Shown: piece by piece, positions 1 through 11,072 of the stretch
Position numbering within the stretch: position 1 is the first letter of the stretch
How the letters are laid out: every line of letters starts with the position of its first letter
NCBI GenBank assembly: GCA_951406725.2
Contig: OX597827.1
Span: 48,422,001 to 48,486,000 of the forward strand
Reading direction: 5' to 3'
DNA from: Octopus vulgaris
Lineage: Eukaryota
Length of the DNA: 64,000 nt
Program-made: the position numbers and the translations under genes
The notes under the pieces: generated by a model
What the model saw: only the letters and a program-made list of their open reading frames with translations
Database searches by the model: none
Told to the model about the DNA's origin: nothing

Positions 1-40
1 CATTTTTTACATATATATCATATCATTCAGATCATATCAT

Positions 41-85
41 TCGGATTAGCGCTTTCTCCCAATCGAGTGGACTTTTCAAATCAAA
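41..85 (-). ncRNA. Minimal type-I hammerhead-like motif, U3:A8 core variant
   Basis: Minus strand reads TTTGAT-TTGAAAA-G-TCC(ACTCGATTG)GGA-GAAAG-CG-CTA-ATCCGA: stem I GAT/ATC, 3-bp stem II, palindromic stem III AGCGCT, CUA triplet. Short stems, folded by eye. Confidence 0.45.
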
Positions 86-98
86 TCAATTCCTTGTG

Positions 99-99
99 G

Positions 100-160
<61 letters not shown>

Positions 161-460
161 TATACATATATATATATACATTGTTTAAGTGTCTTCTCCC
201 CAACAATATTAGTAGCTTTTATTAAGCTCATTGAGACGTTCACACTTGGACACCCAATATCAACTTGAACGTTTCACGCAGAAGGCTGTACACTTATAGC
301 ACTAACCCAATTATTTATTCATCTATCATCTTCCTTCCATTCTGTCTCTTTCTCTCTCTCTCTCTCTCCCTGTCTCTTTCTATCACTGACAACATATACA
401 TACATATATATATAAGTCTGCACATACACATATATATTTGTATGTATATATATTTGTGTG

Positions 461-500
<40 letters not shown>
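99..500. repeat. (TA)n and (CT)n microsatellite tracts
   Basis: Directly visible dinucleotide runs at about 99-180, 345-380 and 465-500; representative of dozens of (TA)n/(TG)n tracts in the window. Confidence 0.95.
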
Positions 501-504
<4 letters not shown>

Positions 505-784
505 TCCTCTATCTGTCTACTTATTCTTCTATGTAACTTTTTATCTCATTATCCATCCATCTAAAGATGTAACAAGGGTTATGATTTTATAGATATTTTA
601 AAGAATAACATTGAACCAATTACGGATATGGTGAGATAAAAATAGTCGAATAAGCTTTCGAGCGTTAAACTGCCTGGTTGCTAGACATTCCCTATATATT
701 AAGACGTCATCTATAGACCTTTCTATCTCTCTTCTATCCAATCTACCAATGTACGATCTTAGATCTTTCTGTGATATATATATA

Positions 785-840
785 CTCTCTTTTACTTGTT
801 TCAGTCATTTGACTGCGGCCTTGCTGGAGCACCGTCTTTT
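785..840 (-). mobile_element. SINE family A, 3' tail fragment
   Basis: ctcttttacttgtttcagtcatttgactgcggcc..gctggagcaccg is the reverse complement of the family A 3' end seen in full copies (e.g. 24268-24707). Confidence 0.8.
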
Positions 841-841
841 A

Positions 842-909
<68 letters not shown>

Positions 910-923
910 AAACTTAGAAAAAC

Positions 924-2060
924 TTATATATGTTTCGACCAAAGATTGGTCCAGGCCATGTCTAACTTAATAGCACCACCTGATAGGATTATTCGAATCC
1001 TGTTTAAGTCAAGTTTCGTTTGAGTCAAGTTTTGTTCAAGTAGTGAGTTCTTGTTGGGTGAGTTGTATCCAATTATGGCTGGCTTATCTGGTATTCTTTG
1101 AAGGAATTTATCCAGACTCCGTTTAAAGTTGATGGGATCCTTTTCCTCTTTGATCTCCCTCGGGACAATGTTAAATAGGGCAGGGCCTGTTGAGGAAAAT
1201 AAATTATGTTGCAGTGTACATGTATGTTGTGATCTTGAATTGGGCAGGGGACGTATGGCCCGTGGTCCCAGTCTTGGATGAACCTTGAAGCTAATGTTAA
1301 GGTCGTTTGGACAAAGTTGGCGATATATTCTCCACATTGTACAAATGATGTACCGCTCACTGCGACGCTGGTGGGAGTAAAGTTTCAAGGCTTTAAGGCG
1401 ATCCCAATAATCGAGAGCAGCCATGCCTTCAATTCGTTTAGTGAGTGCCCTCTGGGGTGACTCAATTTTGGAGATGTTTTGTCTTGCATGGGGAGACCAC
1501 AGTGGGCAGCAGTATTCAAGGTGTGGCCGTACAAAGGAGGAAAAAAGTGGTATGATGACACTTTGTTCTCTGGACCGGAAAGTTCTTAAGATCCAGGAAC
1601 TCATCCTACGAGCTATATCGACCTTCTTGTTGATGTGTGCACTCCAACTGAGATTGTCATCAACAATTACACCCAGGTCTCTGATATTGTTAGAGGCTGT
1701 GATCGGTTCCCCTGAAGGAAGAGAGTATGGTTGTTTTAGTGAGGAATTTCTTCCAAAATGCATCAGCTCAAATTTTCCCTCATTCAGTTGCATTTTGTTT
1801 CTGTCTGCCCATTGACTCACAGAATATAGGTCAGACTGGAGTTGAGTTCGGTCTGCTTCTTCATTGACGATTTGCTGGAGCTTAGTGTCATCAGCAAAAA
1901 TTTTCACTTTGCAGTAATGTACAACACTGGAAAGGTCGTTTATGTAAATTATGAAGGGTAGCGGACCCAAAACAGTCGCCTGGGGAACACCGCTGGTGAC
2001 TTTTGCTGGGCTTGAGTGGACTCCATCAACTACAACATGTTGTGTTCTATTCGCCAGGAA
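924..2060 (-). mobile_element. 5'-truncated CR1/L2-group LINE: reverse transcriptase C-terminal half, frame still open
   Basis: Translation has FLANRTQHVVVDG..VTSGVPQATVLGPLPFIIYINDL, KIFADDTKL, DLGVIVDDNLSWSAHI, RPHLEYCCPLWSPH and YWDRLKALKLYS..RR, which are typical RT and post-RT motifs of CR1/L2-group ORF2. It ends in a (TA)n tract. Confidence 0.92.
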
Positions 2061-2267
2061 ATATCCATTTAGAAATCTGTCTATCCAGCTGTCTAGATGC
2101 TTTTCTACGTATCTCACTTGACCAGGAGGACTTGATATCATCAGACGGTATCCAACATTTATATATATACAGAGAGAATAAGAGAGAGAGAGGGAAGTGT
2201 GCGCGCGTGTGTGTTTCTGTGTGTATGTGTGCGTGTATTTTATATCTTTATGTGAGTGTATGTATGT

Positions 2268-2313
<46 letters not shown>

Positions 2314-2329
2314 ACATTTATAAATATGG

Positions 2330-2366
<37 letters not shown>

Positions 2367-2381
2367 TTATAAATATGGCCA

Positions 2382-2412
<31 letters not shown>

Positions 2413-2416
<4 letters not shown>

Positions 2417-2817
2417 TCTTTTATTTGTTTCAGTCATTTGACTGTGGGCATGCTGGGGCATCGCCTATAGTCGAGCAAATCGATCTCAGGACTTATTCTT
2501 TGTAAGCCTAGTGCTAATACTATCGGTCTCTTCTGCCGAACTACTAAGATAGGGGGCGTAAACACACGGCCATCGGTTGGCAAGTGATGATGGGGGGGAA
2601 AAAACACACACACGCACAAACATATACACACATACACACATATATATATACATATATACGACGGGCTACTTTAATTTTTCCCCTACCAAATCCACTCAAA
2701 AGGCTTTGGTCGGCCCGAGGGTATAGTAGAAGTCACTTGCCTAAGATGCCACGTAGTAGGAGTGAACCCGGAAACATGTGGTTGGTAAGCAAGCTACTTA
2801 CCACACAGACACTCCTA
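2413..2817 (-). mobile_element. SINE family A (tRNA-derived, internal (TA)n/(TG)n microsatellite)
   Basis: Full copy: head with A/B-box-like gtggtaagtagc..ccgggttca, cttaggcaagt body, internal microsatellite, tail gactgaaacaa. Repeated about 17 times in the window. Confidence 0.9.
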
Positions 2818-3086
2818 TATATATATATATATATATATATTGCTTTGAATTTCTAGTCGAATGTCTACTGTGGGATGCTTTTGAACCAGCTGTTAAGTAT
2901 CCCACCCACGAAAGATCGATGCCGGTTGGGTCGAAACAATTGTAGTGATTGATAAAAATTCTCGTCTTTCCCATCTTCCATCTTTCTTTAACCAAATACA
3001 TAACGAACACTGTGAAAGTGATCGTACTTTACCAATAAGCTACCAGGCATAAACCATTTGTTTTATTATTATCTAACATATATCTA

Positions 3087-3280
3087 AGACGGGCTTCTTT
3101 CGGTTTCCCTCTACCAAATCCACTCACAAATCTTTGGTCGGTCCGAGGATAAAATAGTTTACATGTACTAAATTCAATTGTAAGACATTTACCAGTCCAG
3201 GAATATGGTAGTAGATACTTTCCCAAGTTGCTACCGCAGTGGCGCTGAAGCCGAAACCCTGTGGTTGTAAAGCTAGTTAT
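3087..3280 (-). mobile_element. SINE family A, 5' half with about 57-bp insertion
   Basis: gacgggcttctttc..ccaaatccactcacaa matches family A; interrupted at about 3151-3208. Confidence 0.7.
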
Positions 3281-4047
3281 ATATTATATTTCTATCTACG
3301 CCTTTAATTAAATAATCGTCTCGAATGCATTGTAATTAACAAACGTTTAGAACTCCGTGTAAATCCTCATATGATATTATATACATTGCAATATTTAACA
3401 ACTCATATCTGAGAGCGCAATAAATTAGAAGAGTTGGTTTAAGTGTTTTTATTGCATAATGATTTACCATTAAATGTCTGTGTGTGTGAGTGTGTTGTGT
3501 AAGGGTATGTATATCTCTATGTATGTAGATACATATGGGTATGTGAATGTATGCATAGACACACACACATGAAGTAACAATTGCGTTTCTATCTGGAACT
3601 GGAAGGAAAACAAAAGGAAAGATGAAGAAAAATGCTTTTGTTCACAAATCATACAATAAAGATGATTTTATTTTTCAAAAGAGAAGGCCTATTTGACAAT
3701 GCAAATGCGCAATCTTTTATGAAAACTTCAAACTGCATTTTGACATATTTCAGGCGTTATCGAAATTGTCTATTTTTTTCACTGGAATTTTTAAAATCAT
3801 AAATCTCTTTGTTGAATTTCCTGTTTTTAATGCCATTCTTAATATGGCTCTGAACGAGAGTGTTCTACATTTTTGTAACATCAAAGAGGATTGCCGCTAA
3901 AATAGGTGGTTCTACATTCGCTAGCTCTCACTTTGCGTGATACGTGAGAAATTAGCAAAGACAACCGGCTGCACATGATATGTGGGAGATAAATTCTTTT
4001 CTGGAGAATTTATCTCTAATTTATCTTATCAAATGCCCTTATCATGA

Positions 4048-4084
4048 CTATTGAAAAGGTTGCAAGACGCAACGAAAATTTTAG
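4048..4084 (+). ncRNA. Minimal type-I hammerhead-like motif, U3:A8 core variant
   Basis: CTA-TTGAAAA-G-GTTGC(AAGAC)GCAAC-GAAAA-TTT-TAG: perfect 5-bp stem II, loop-less palindromic stem III AATT, UUU triplet, 3-bp stem I; AATAAA follows. Confidence 0.5.
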
Positions 4085-4164
4085 GAAAATAAAAATAAGA
4101 AATAAGTGGAAACACACGAACTCACATAAAGAATCTTGCAAACCAAATCCAAAAACGAAATATG

Positions 4165-4553
4165 TCTTTTACTTGTTTTTGTTATTGGACTGCGGCCCTG
4201 CTGGAGCACTATCTTGAAGAATTTCTAGTCGAATACGTTGACGCAAGTATTTGTTTTTTTTAAAGCTTGGTCGCTATTCTATCAGTTATTTTTGCCGAAC
4301 TGCTAGGATACGGGGACGTAAACACACCAGTGCCGGTGGTCAAGCAATGATAGGACGATGTCACAGGCAATAACACACGCACACATACACACACACATAC
4401 ACACACACATACATATATTTGTATACGATGAACTTCTTTCAGTTTCCATCTACCAAATCCACTCACAAGTTTTCGGTAGGACTGAGGCTTTAGTAGAAGA
4501 CACTTGTCCAAAGTGCCACGCAATGGGACTGAACCCAGAACCATGTGGTTGGG
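4165..4553 (-). mobile_element. SINE family A
   Basis: Near-full copy by similarity to other in-window copies. Confidence 0.88.
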
Positions 4554-5752
4554 ACGCGACGAAAAACTATGTTTACGGAGTCTTTAGTTGCAATATCTAC
4601 CTCAATCAAGGATGTTGATCATCCAACCTAGAAATCGACGTCCGGGCATAAGTTTCTGCGAGTTCTGCTGCATTAAATTCTAATTGTGAAAGTTTACCTG
4701 TGGTAATTTTTAACTCGAATTTCATTGTCTTGTAGTGCTTTCAATCAATTCTTTTAATAAAGTAATGGCAACTCTTTTCCCTCCCTGTAATTCTTGTGCC
4801 ATGTGCACTTTATCGGGAACTACATTTTCTGATAATTTATATTTTCTTTATGGTTGTATAAGCTGCCATGAGTGTCCTGTCCGTTCCATATACTGCATGT
4901 TTTTGATAAATTGTTGGGCGTTCTTCTTGAAATAAATTAAGTCACTTCATTTCCTTACGTTGCATCACTCTTCCTGATGTAAGTATATCTGGAACACCGC
5001 TTGACTCCATAAACACTGTTTTCTTACTTGCTTTCACTCTTGTATTCTCACACTTGTTTCTCGCTCGTATTCATTCATTTTCGTATTTGGAGTGCTCTTT
5101 AAAAATGTTGGATTAGGACATTGCTATGAGCGCACATTTCAATAATATCCTCTTCCATATATGATATTTTGAATTCAGTGCAATACTTATGAATGAACGA
5201 ACTGGAAAGAAAATTATTACCACTGCTTTACTCTTTGAATTTTTGAAACTTACAATATTACACATAGGAGGCCCAATCGTTTTTGTGACATGTATGTAAA
5301 TGTTCTTGTGAGTTTAGGTGCTATTTTAGGCATAACTTAAATAATGTTATTTTAGATACACTACTATTAAAAATAATGGCTGCACTGTTACCTATCTCCC
5401 TTTAGGCTTAGAAATGGCTGATAAGGGATTTAAACGACAACAACAAAAATGGTAACTTCAAAAGTTAGTCAAACTTAATCAGCCAGTTATTATTTCTGTT
5501 TTAAGTTTTCTCTTTTATTTCTCTTTTATCTTCTACTTGTTTCAGTCTTTTGACTGCGGCCATGCTGGAGCACCGCCTTTAGTCGAGCAAACCAACCCCA
5601 GGACTTATTCTATTGGTCTCTTTTGCCAAACCGGTAAGTTACGGGGACGTAAGCACACCACCATCGGTTGTCAAGCGATGTTGGGGAGACAAACACAGAC
5701 ACAAATATATATACGTATATACATATATACATACATACATACATACATATAT

Positions 5753-5809
<57 letters not shown>

Positions 5810-5811
<2 letters not shown>

Positions 5812-6005
5812 TGTGTACCGTTGGCGATTTTTTTTCATCTGCCTTCCCTTCTGTGGATCTTTCTTTCTCCTATGTTTCCGACGAAGAGCTCCGCTCGAAA
5901 CGTTAGACCCTCCTTCTTTCCTTCTTTCCTGAGCGTCCAATAATACTATATTTGTTCCACGTCCTCACGTTGTTGTGTTTTTTGTGCTTTCTTGTTTGGA
6001 TTAAC
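5810..6005 (+). mobile_element. Short non-coding (TA)n-flanked repeat with hammerhead-like motif at 5874-5908 (Penelope pLTR/retrozyme-like)
   Basis: GTTT-CCGACGA-A-GAGC(TCC)GCTC-GAAAC-GTT-AGAC; flanked on both sides by (TA)n; related partial copy at 18578-18685 (-). Confidence 0.6.
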
Positions 6006-6149
<144 letters not shown>

Positions 6150-6186
6150 TATATATACATTATATATATATATGTATATGTATTTA

Positions 6187-6230
<44 letters not shown>

Positions 6231-7520
6231 CGAGGGACGTTCAATAAGTAATGCCTCTGACCCACTTGCAGTAGTTTGATCTAGCTGAAATTTTGCATGT
6301 GCAATCATTCATATCTCTATAGAGTAAGTGGCAAATTACACCTCTGAATTAATTGTGGTCTCTGATTTACAGGTGTTTGAACCGAGTCAAGTGTGAAATG
6401 GAGCCTGTTGAGTGTCGAGCAGTGATCCGGTTTTTGTATTTGAAAAGATGCACACCCCGGGAGACTTTTGATGAAATGAAAGTAACTTATGGTGATGATG
6501 CCCCATCATATGACCTTGTAAAACGCTGGCATCGTGAATTCAAACATGGTCGGAACTCTGTGGAAACAGCTCCCAGATCTGGTCGCCCCTTCTGCCATTG
6601 ATGAGGCATCTGTCCGTCAAGTTGAAGCTGCCATTTTGGAAGATCGACTCATAATTATTCGCCAAATAGCCCATGAGGTCAAGATTAGTACCGAGTCTGT
6701 GGAAACTATCATTCATGACCATTTCCATATGCAAAAGGTGTCTGCCAGATGGATTACCAGGTTGCTCACGCCTTTCCAGAAGCAAGAACGCGTCGAGTGC
6801 TCGAGGGTGAATTTAGAGATGTGCCAAGAAGATGAGTCAAAATTTTTCAAAAGACTGATTACACAGGATGAAACCTGGTTCCATCACGATGATCCAGAGA
6901 CCAAAGCCCAGTCAATGCAGTGAAAGCACCGTGACTCACCCCCTCCAAAGAAGGCAAGGGTGCAGCCCTCCGCTGGCAAGGTCATGCTCACAGTCTTCTG
7001 GGACCAGGACGGAGTAGTGATGACAGATTTCTTGGCAAAGGGTACCACAATTGCAGGAGCCTATTATGCTTTACTTTTGAGGAAATTATGAAAAGTTATC
7101 AAAATCAAGAGGCGGGGCAAGATCAGCAAAAGCATCCTCCTCCTGCAGGACAACGCTCCGGTCCACAACTCGCTTGTCGCCAGATCAGAAGCACAGGCGT
7201 ATGGCTATGAACTCCTCCCCCATCGCCCTACTTTCCTGACCTTGCACCCTCTGATTTTCACCTCTTCCCAATCATGAAGTTGTTTTTGAAAGGAAAGCGT
7301 TTCCCAGATGATGCAGCCTTGATTTCTGAAGTCACGTTCAGGTTGGAGGACCAAGCTGGGGTCTTCTACAAAAACGGTCTCCAGAGCTGCATCAAACAAT
7401 GGGAGAAATGCGTAACTCTGGGTGGTTCCTATGTAGAAAACGACTAATAACTGTGCCAAGTTTCGTTGCTCTACTGCTATGGGAAGTGGGTCAGGGGCAT
7501 TACTTATTGAACGCCCCTCG
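6231..7520 (+). mobile_element. Full-length mariner (DD34D), irritans-like, 1290 bp
   Basis: About 37-bp TIRs CGAGGG(A/G)CGTTCAATAAGTAATGCC(T/C)CTGACCCACTT, TA on both flanks, transposase inside. Confidence 0.96.
6398..7447 (+). pseudogene. Mariner transposase pseudogene
   Basis: MEPVECRAVIRFL.., SARWITRLLT (WVPRLL motif), ITQDETWFHH, LLQDNAPVH, FPDLAPSDFHLF; frameshift near 6590, stops at 6921 and about 7089. Confidence 0.93.
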
Positions 7521-9158
7521 TATATATATACATACATATATATATATATATATACATATATACGACGGGATTCTTTCACTTTCTCTCTACCAAATCCACT
7601 CACAAGGCTATAGTAAAAGACACTTGCTCGAGGTGCCATACAGTGGGAATGAACCTGGAACCATGTGGTTGGTAAGCGTGCTATTTACCACACAGCCACT
7701 TTTGTTTGGCAGCTGATGTTTAGATTTTGTTTGTTTTTTTTCTGCAACAGCATATGGTTATATGATAATTTACATCATAAGCCATTATAAATTCACAGAT
7801 ACGATTAATCTGGCCTGATTATCTCAATGCCGCTATGTATATTTAATGAAACATATACATTATTGCAAATTGATCCCTGAACCTCTACACTATCTCTGAA
7901 CCTACTGGAAATTTCATACGAATAACTTTTCGAAATTACACAACCTGCCATATTAAATAAGAAAAACGAACACATTGAATGATGATATGAGTTTCCATGT
8001 CAATTAATAACCAATTTCGTAACAGTTTACTACATAGCATTATAGATTCATAGATGCGATTAAAGTAACCGTGTTCGTGTTCATATCAAATGCTCTTATG
8101 GAAACGAAGATGATACATTTGAAAAAAAGATCAAAACTAAGTTATACGTGGTTGATCAGTCTGTTAGAAACATATAGCAGCAATCAAACTGTCCATCAAC
8201 ATCACTCGCTCGATCTTAAAATACGAAGGACACGTTAGAGAAATTAGTCCTGCATACAATATCGTCTAAATATAAATATAACATTCACGGCTTCAAAGCA
8301 TTTTGTCATGAATAAACTGCACCAGGGCATTAGGAGTAGTTAAATCATGATCATGGTGAACAGCATGACGAGTTTCACAGAGCGACTGCTAATTAGAACA
8401 CCGAACTCATTTTCCAATTTAGATGCAATTTATTACAAAAGACAAGAAGCTAACTTTTCTTTCTATTCGATCATATGCAAATGCTAAATTTTGATATGAT
8501 GTATTATAATTTCTTTTCTTTATCGATCATAATAAGCCTCTTATGATAAATCGATTCAGTAACACAGCTGTGATGCTGCTAGGAGTTGTTTACTTATTTT
8601 TCGGCAGAACACGCCCCAAAAGATATATTACACCTGAGAGATTTCCTTTCCAAAACTTGGGTAAAGCTTTTTTCCTCATAGAAAGCCAGCAGACTTCTCT
8701 CTTCTAATTGATATTGCCCATGAGAAGGGCACCAATGCCGTACCACGAATTACCCTCAGAAACCAAATAAATGGAACAAGGTTAAAAAGTCTAACAATTC
8801 CACTTCTCCATTCCTATGGACATGTATATTTTCTTAATGATCTCGAAAGGATCTAATACCTTGGATGTATTTTGAACTCAAATCTCAGAGGTCAGAACAA
8901 GTCCCGAGAGTAATGCGTAAAGCTTTGTTAAATACAATTAGACGACGTACTAGTTAATCTATTAAAGTCGAAATCTCAACTAACATGTATGCTCAGTCTA
9001 TCAGGCAAACATATCTTGAAAATTATTGTTTCACTTTAGAAGTTTATTGGGATTAAGTCAAAAGAAACAACGAAAATGCTTTAGTTCTGTTCTAGCATTT
9101 GCAAGATGCTGGACTTCGTTGAAACTGTTCAACCTAAATGTACTCCAAGCGAAATATA

Positions 9159-10390
9159 TTGGGTTATCCGGAAAGTCTGCGCCAATTTTTAAAGGAAAGA
9201 AAAAGGTTAATAAATACTTGCCATTACATTTTTAATCAACCAAATATGAACCATTTTGTTGCACAATGCGTCTCCATCTTTCCTTTAACTTGAAAATACC
9301 CTCTTCCCAGAATTGAGGTGGTTTCATGGCAAAGAATTCATCAAGGTATCTTTTTACGTCATCCAAGGAATTGAAATTTTTACCTTTAAGACTATTCTGC
9401 AGCGACCTGAATAAGTGGACATCCGAAGAATTTGGTGAATATGGAGAGTGGGGTAACATATCCCAGCCGAGCTGCAGCAATTTTTGTCTAGTTCCCAAAG
9501 AAACGTGCGGTCTTGCATTAACATGTTGGAAAACAACGCCCTTCCTGTTTTGCCGATTCTGGACGTTTCTCTTGAATTGCTGCTTTTAACTCGTCCAGTT
9601 GTGTGCAGTATTTCTAAGAATTAATTGTCAGGTTACTTGGGAGAACCTCATCGTGCAGAATTCCTTTCCAATCTCACCAGACACAAATCAAGACATTTTT
9701 CGTGTGAAGACCCGCTTTTGGGTTGGCTAAGAGTGGCTCATGTTGCTTACTCCAGGATCGCTTTCTCTGAACATTTCGGTAGATTATCCATTTCTCATCA
9801 CTTGTCATAATTTGCTTGAAAAAAAGGCGCGTTTTCATTCCGTTTATAAAGCGGATCACCGATAGAAATGCGATCCAAAAGGTTCTTCTCACTCAACTCA
9901 TGTGGTACCAAACATCGTAGCGATTTGTGTACCTAAGCTTTACCAGGTGCTCATGAACGACTGATTTTAATAGGTTGAGGCTTTCTGTCAATTCTCGGGT
10001 TGTGCAATGTGGTTTATTCTCAATTAATGACTTGATTTGGTCATCATCTCTATTGGATGGTCTGCTTGATCGACTTCCGTACAGTTCTTTCTGATAAAGA
10101 AACATCACCGTAAAATGCGCATATTTCTGTGGTTGCTTGTGAGGCATTTTTCCCTTTATGGGAAAAGTAAAACATCAAGTGCCGAAAAGTAACTTTCTTA
10201 TCTTCCATTTTAAAGGGTTACAGAATTAACACAGGGTATTGGAACATAAACCTTCTTCCACAAAAAGATAGCTTAAACTGTGCTCTAAATGGAGGTGTAG
10301 TCAAATCCTATATTATGAACTCAACCATGTTCTAAAATATGTCGAAAGGTAAGCTACTATAAATCGGGACGAACTTTCCAAACAACCCAA
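9159..10390 (-). mobile_element. Near full-length mariner (DD34D), mellifera-like, 1232 bp
   Basis: TIRs TTGGGTT(A/G)T..GGAAAGT at both ends with TA flanks; transposase on the minus strand. Confidence 0.95.
9232..10208 (-). pseudogene. Mariner transposase pseudogene
   Basis: MEDKKVTFRHLMFYF.HKGKNASQA, RYDVW, MTSDEKWIIYRN, LGWDMLPHSPYSP..SDVHLFRSLQNSL; multiple frameshifts and deletions. Confidence 0.92.
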
Positions 10391-11027
10391 TACCTAATCT
10401 GATATAATGTGATAGATTATTTACCCACAAAGATGTCGACACAATTACTTTGCATATTTAATTTCAGGGTGCGTAGTTTCATAGAAGGTCGTTAATAAAT
10501 TAGACAAATATAAGAAAGATAAGAAGGACAGGAAAATTTAAAGACTAGATGCACAAACTTTAGTCATACAATTTACGTACAGTAGTTCGCCGTTCGTAAA
10601 CAAAAACGACCATGACTGCTAACAAACTGATTTGCAATTTACAAATCGTTTTCCTTCATGTTGACATTAAATCGAGAATTTATTTGTCTTCAAATAAGAT
10701 TTATCAACACTAAAAGCAAACCTATGTTGTTTCGGTGCCTTTGTGCATATGTGTGTGTGTGTGTGTGTATGTGCGTGCGTGCGTGTCTTAGTGTGTGGTG
10801 TGTGTGTATATCATATATATATATATATATATATATATAAACGTATATATATACATATATATATGTATATACTTATATATATACTTATATACATATACAT
10901 ACTTATATATATATATGCTTATATATATACATTTATACATATATATATATATACATTTATATATATATATATACTTATATGTATATATACATTTATATAT
11001 ATATATATATACTTATATGTATATATA

Positions 11028-11072
<45 letters not shown>

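Noticed and set aside
930-962. Hairpin followed by GAAAC at the LINE 3' end as a hammerhead
   Set aside because: No CUGANGA or UUGANAA core upstream; better explained as a LINE 3' stem-loop.
2061-2366. N-terminal part of the 480-aa ORF 924-2366
   Set aside because: Read-through of flanking and microsatellite DNA; clear RT similarity starts only near FLANRTQ.
2901-2948. Hammerhead-like CAC..GATC..GGTC-GAAAC-AATT-GTA-GTG
   Set aside because: The 3' half fits well but the core reads CCACGAA, too degenerate to call.
4600-5100. Coding-like composition on the minus strand
   Set aside because: Multiple stops and no recognisable motif; needs tBLASTx.
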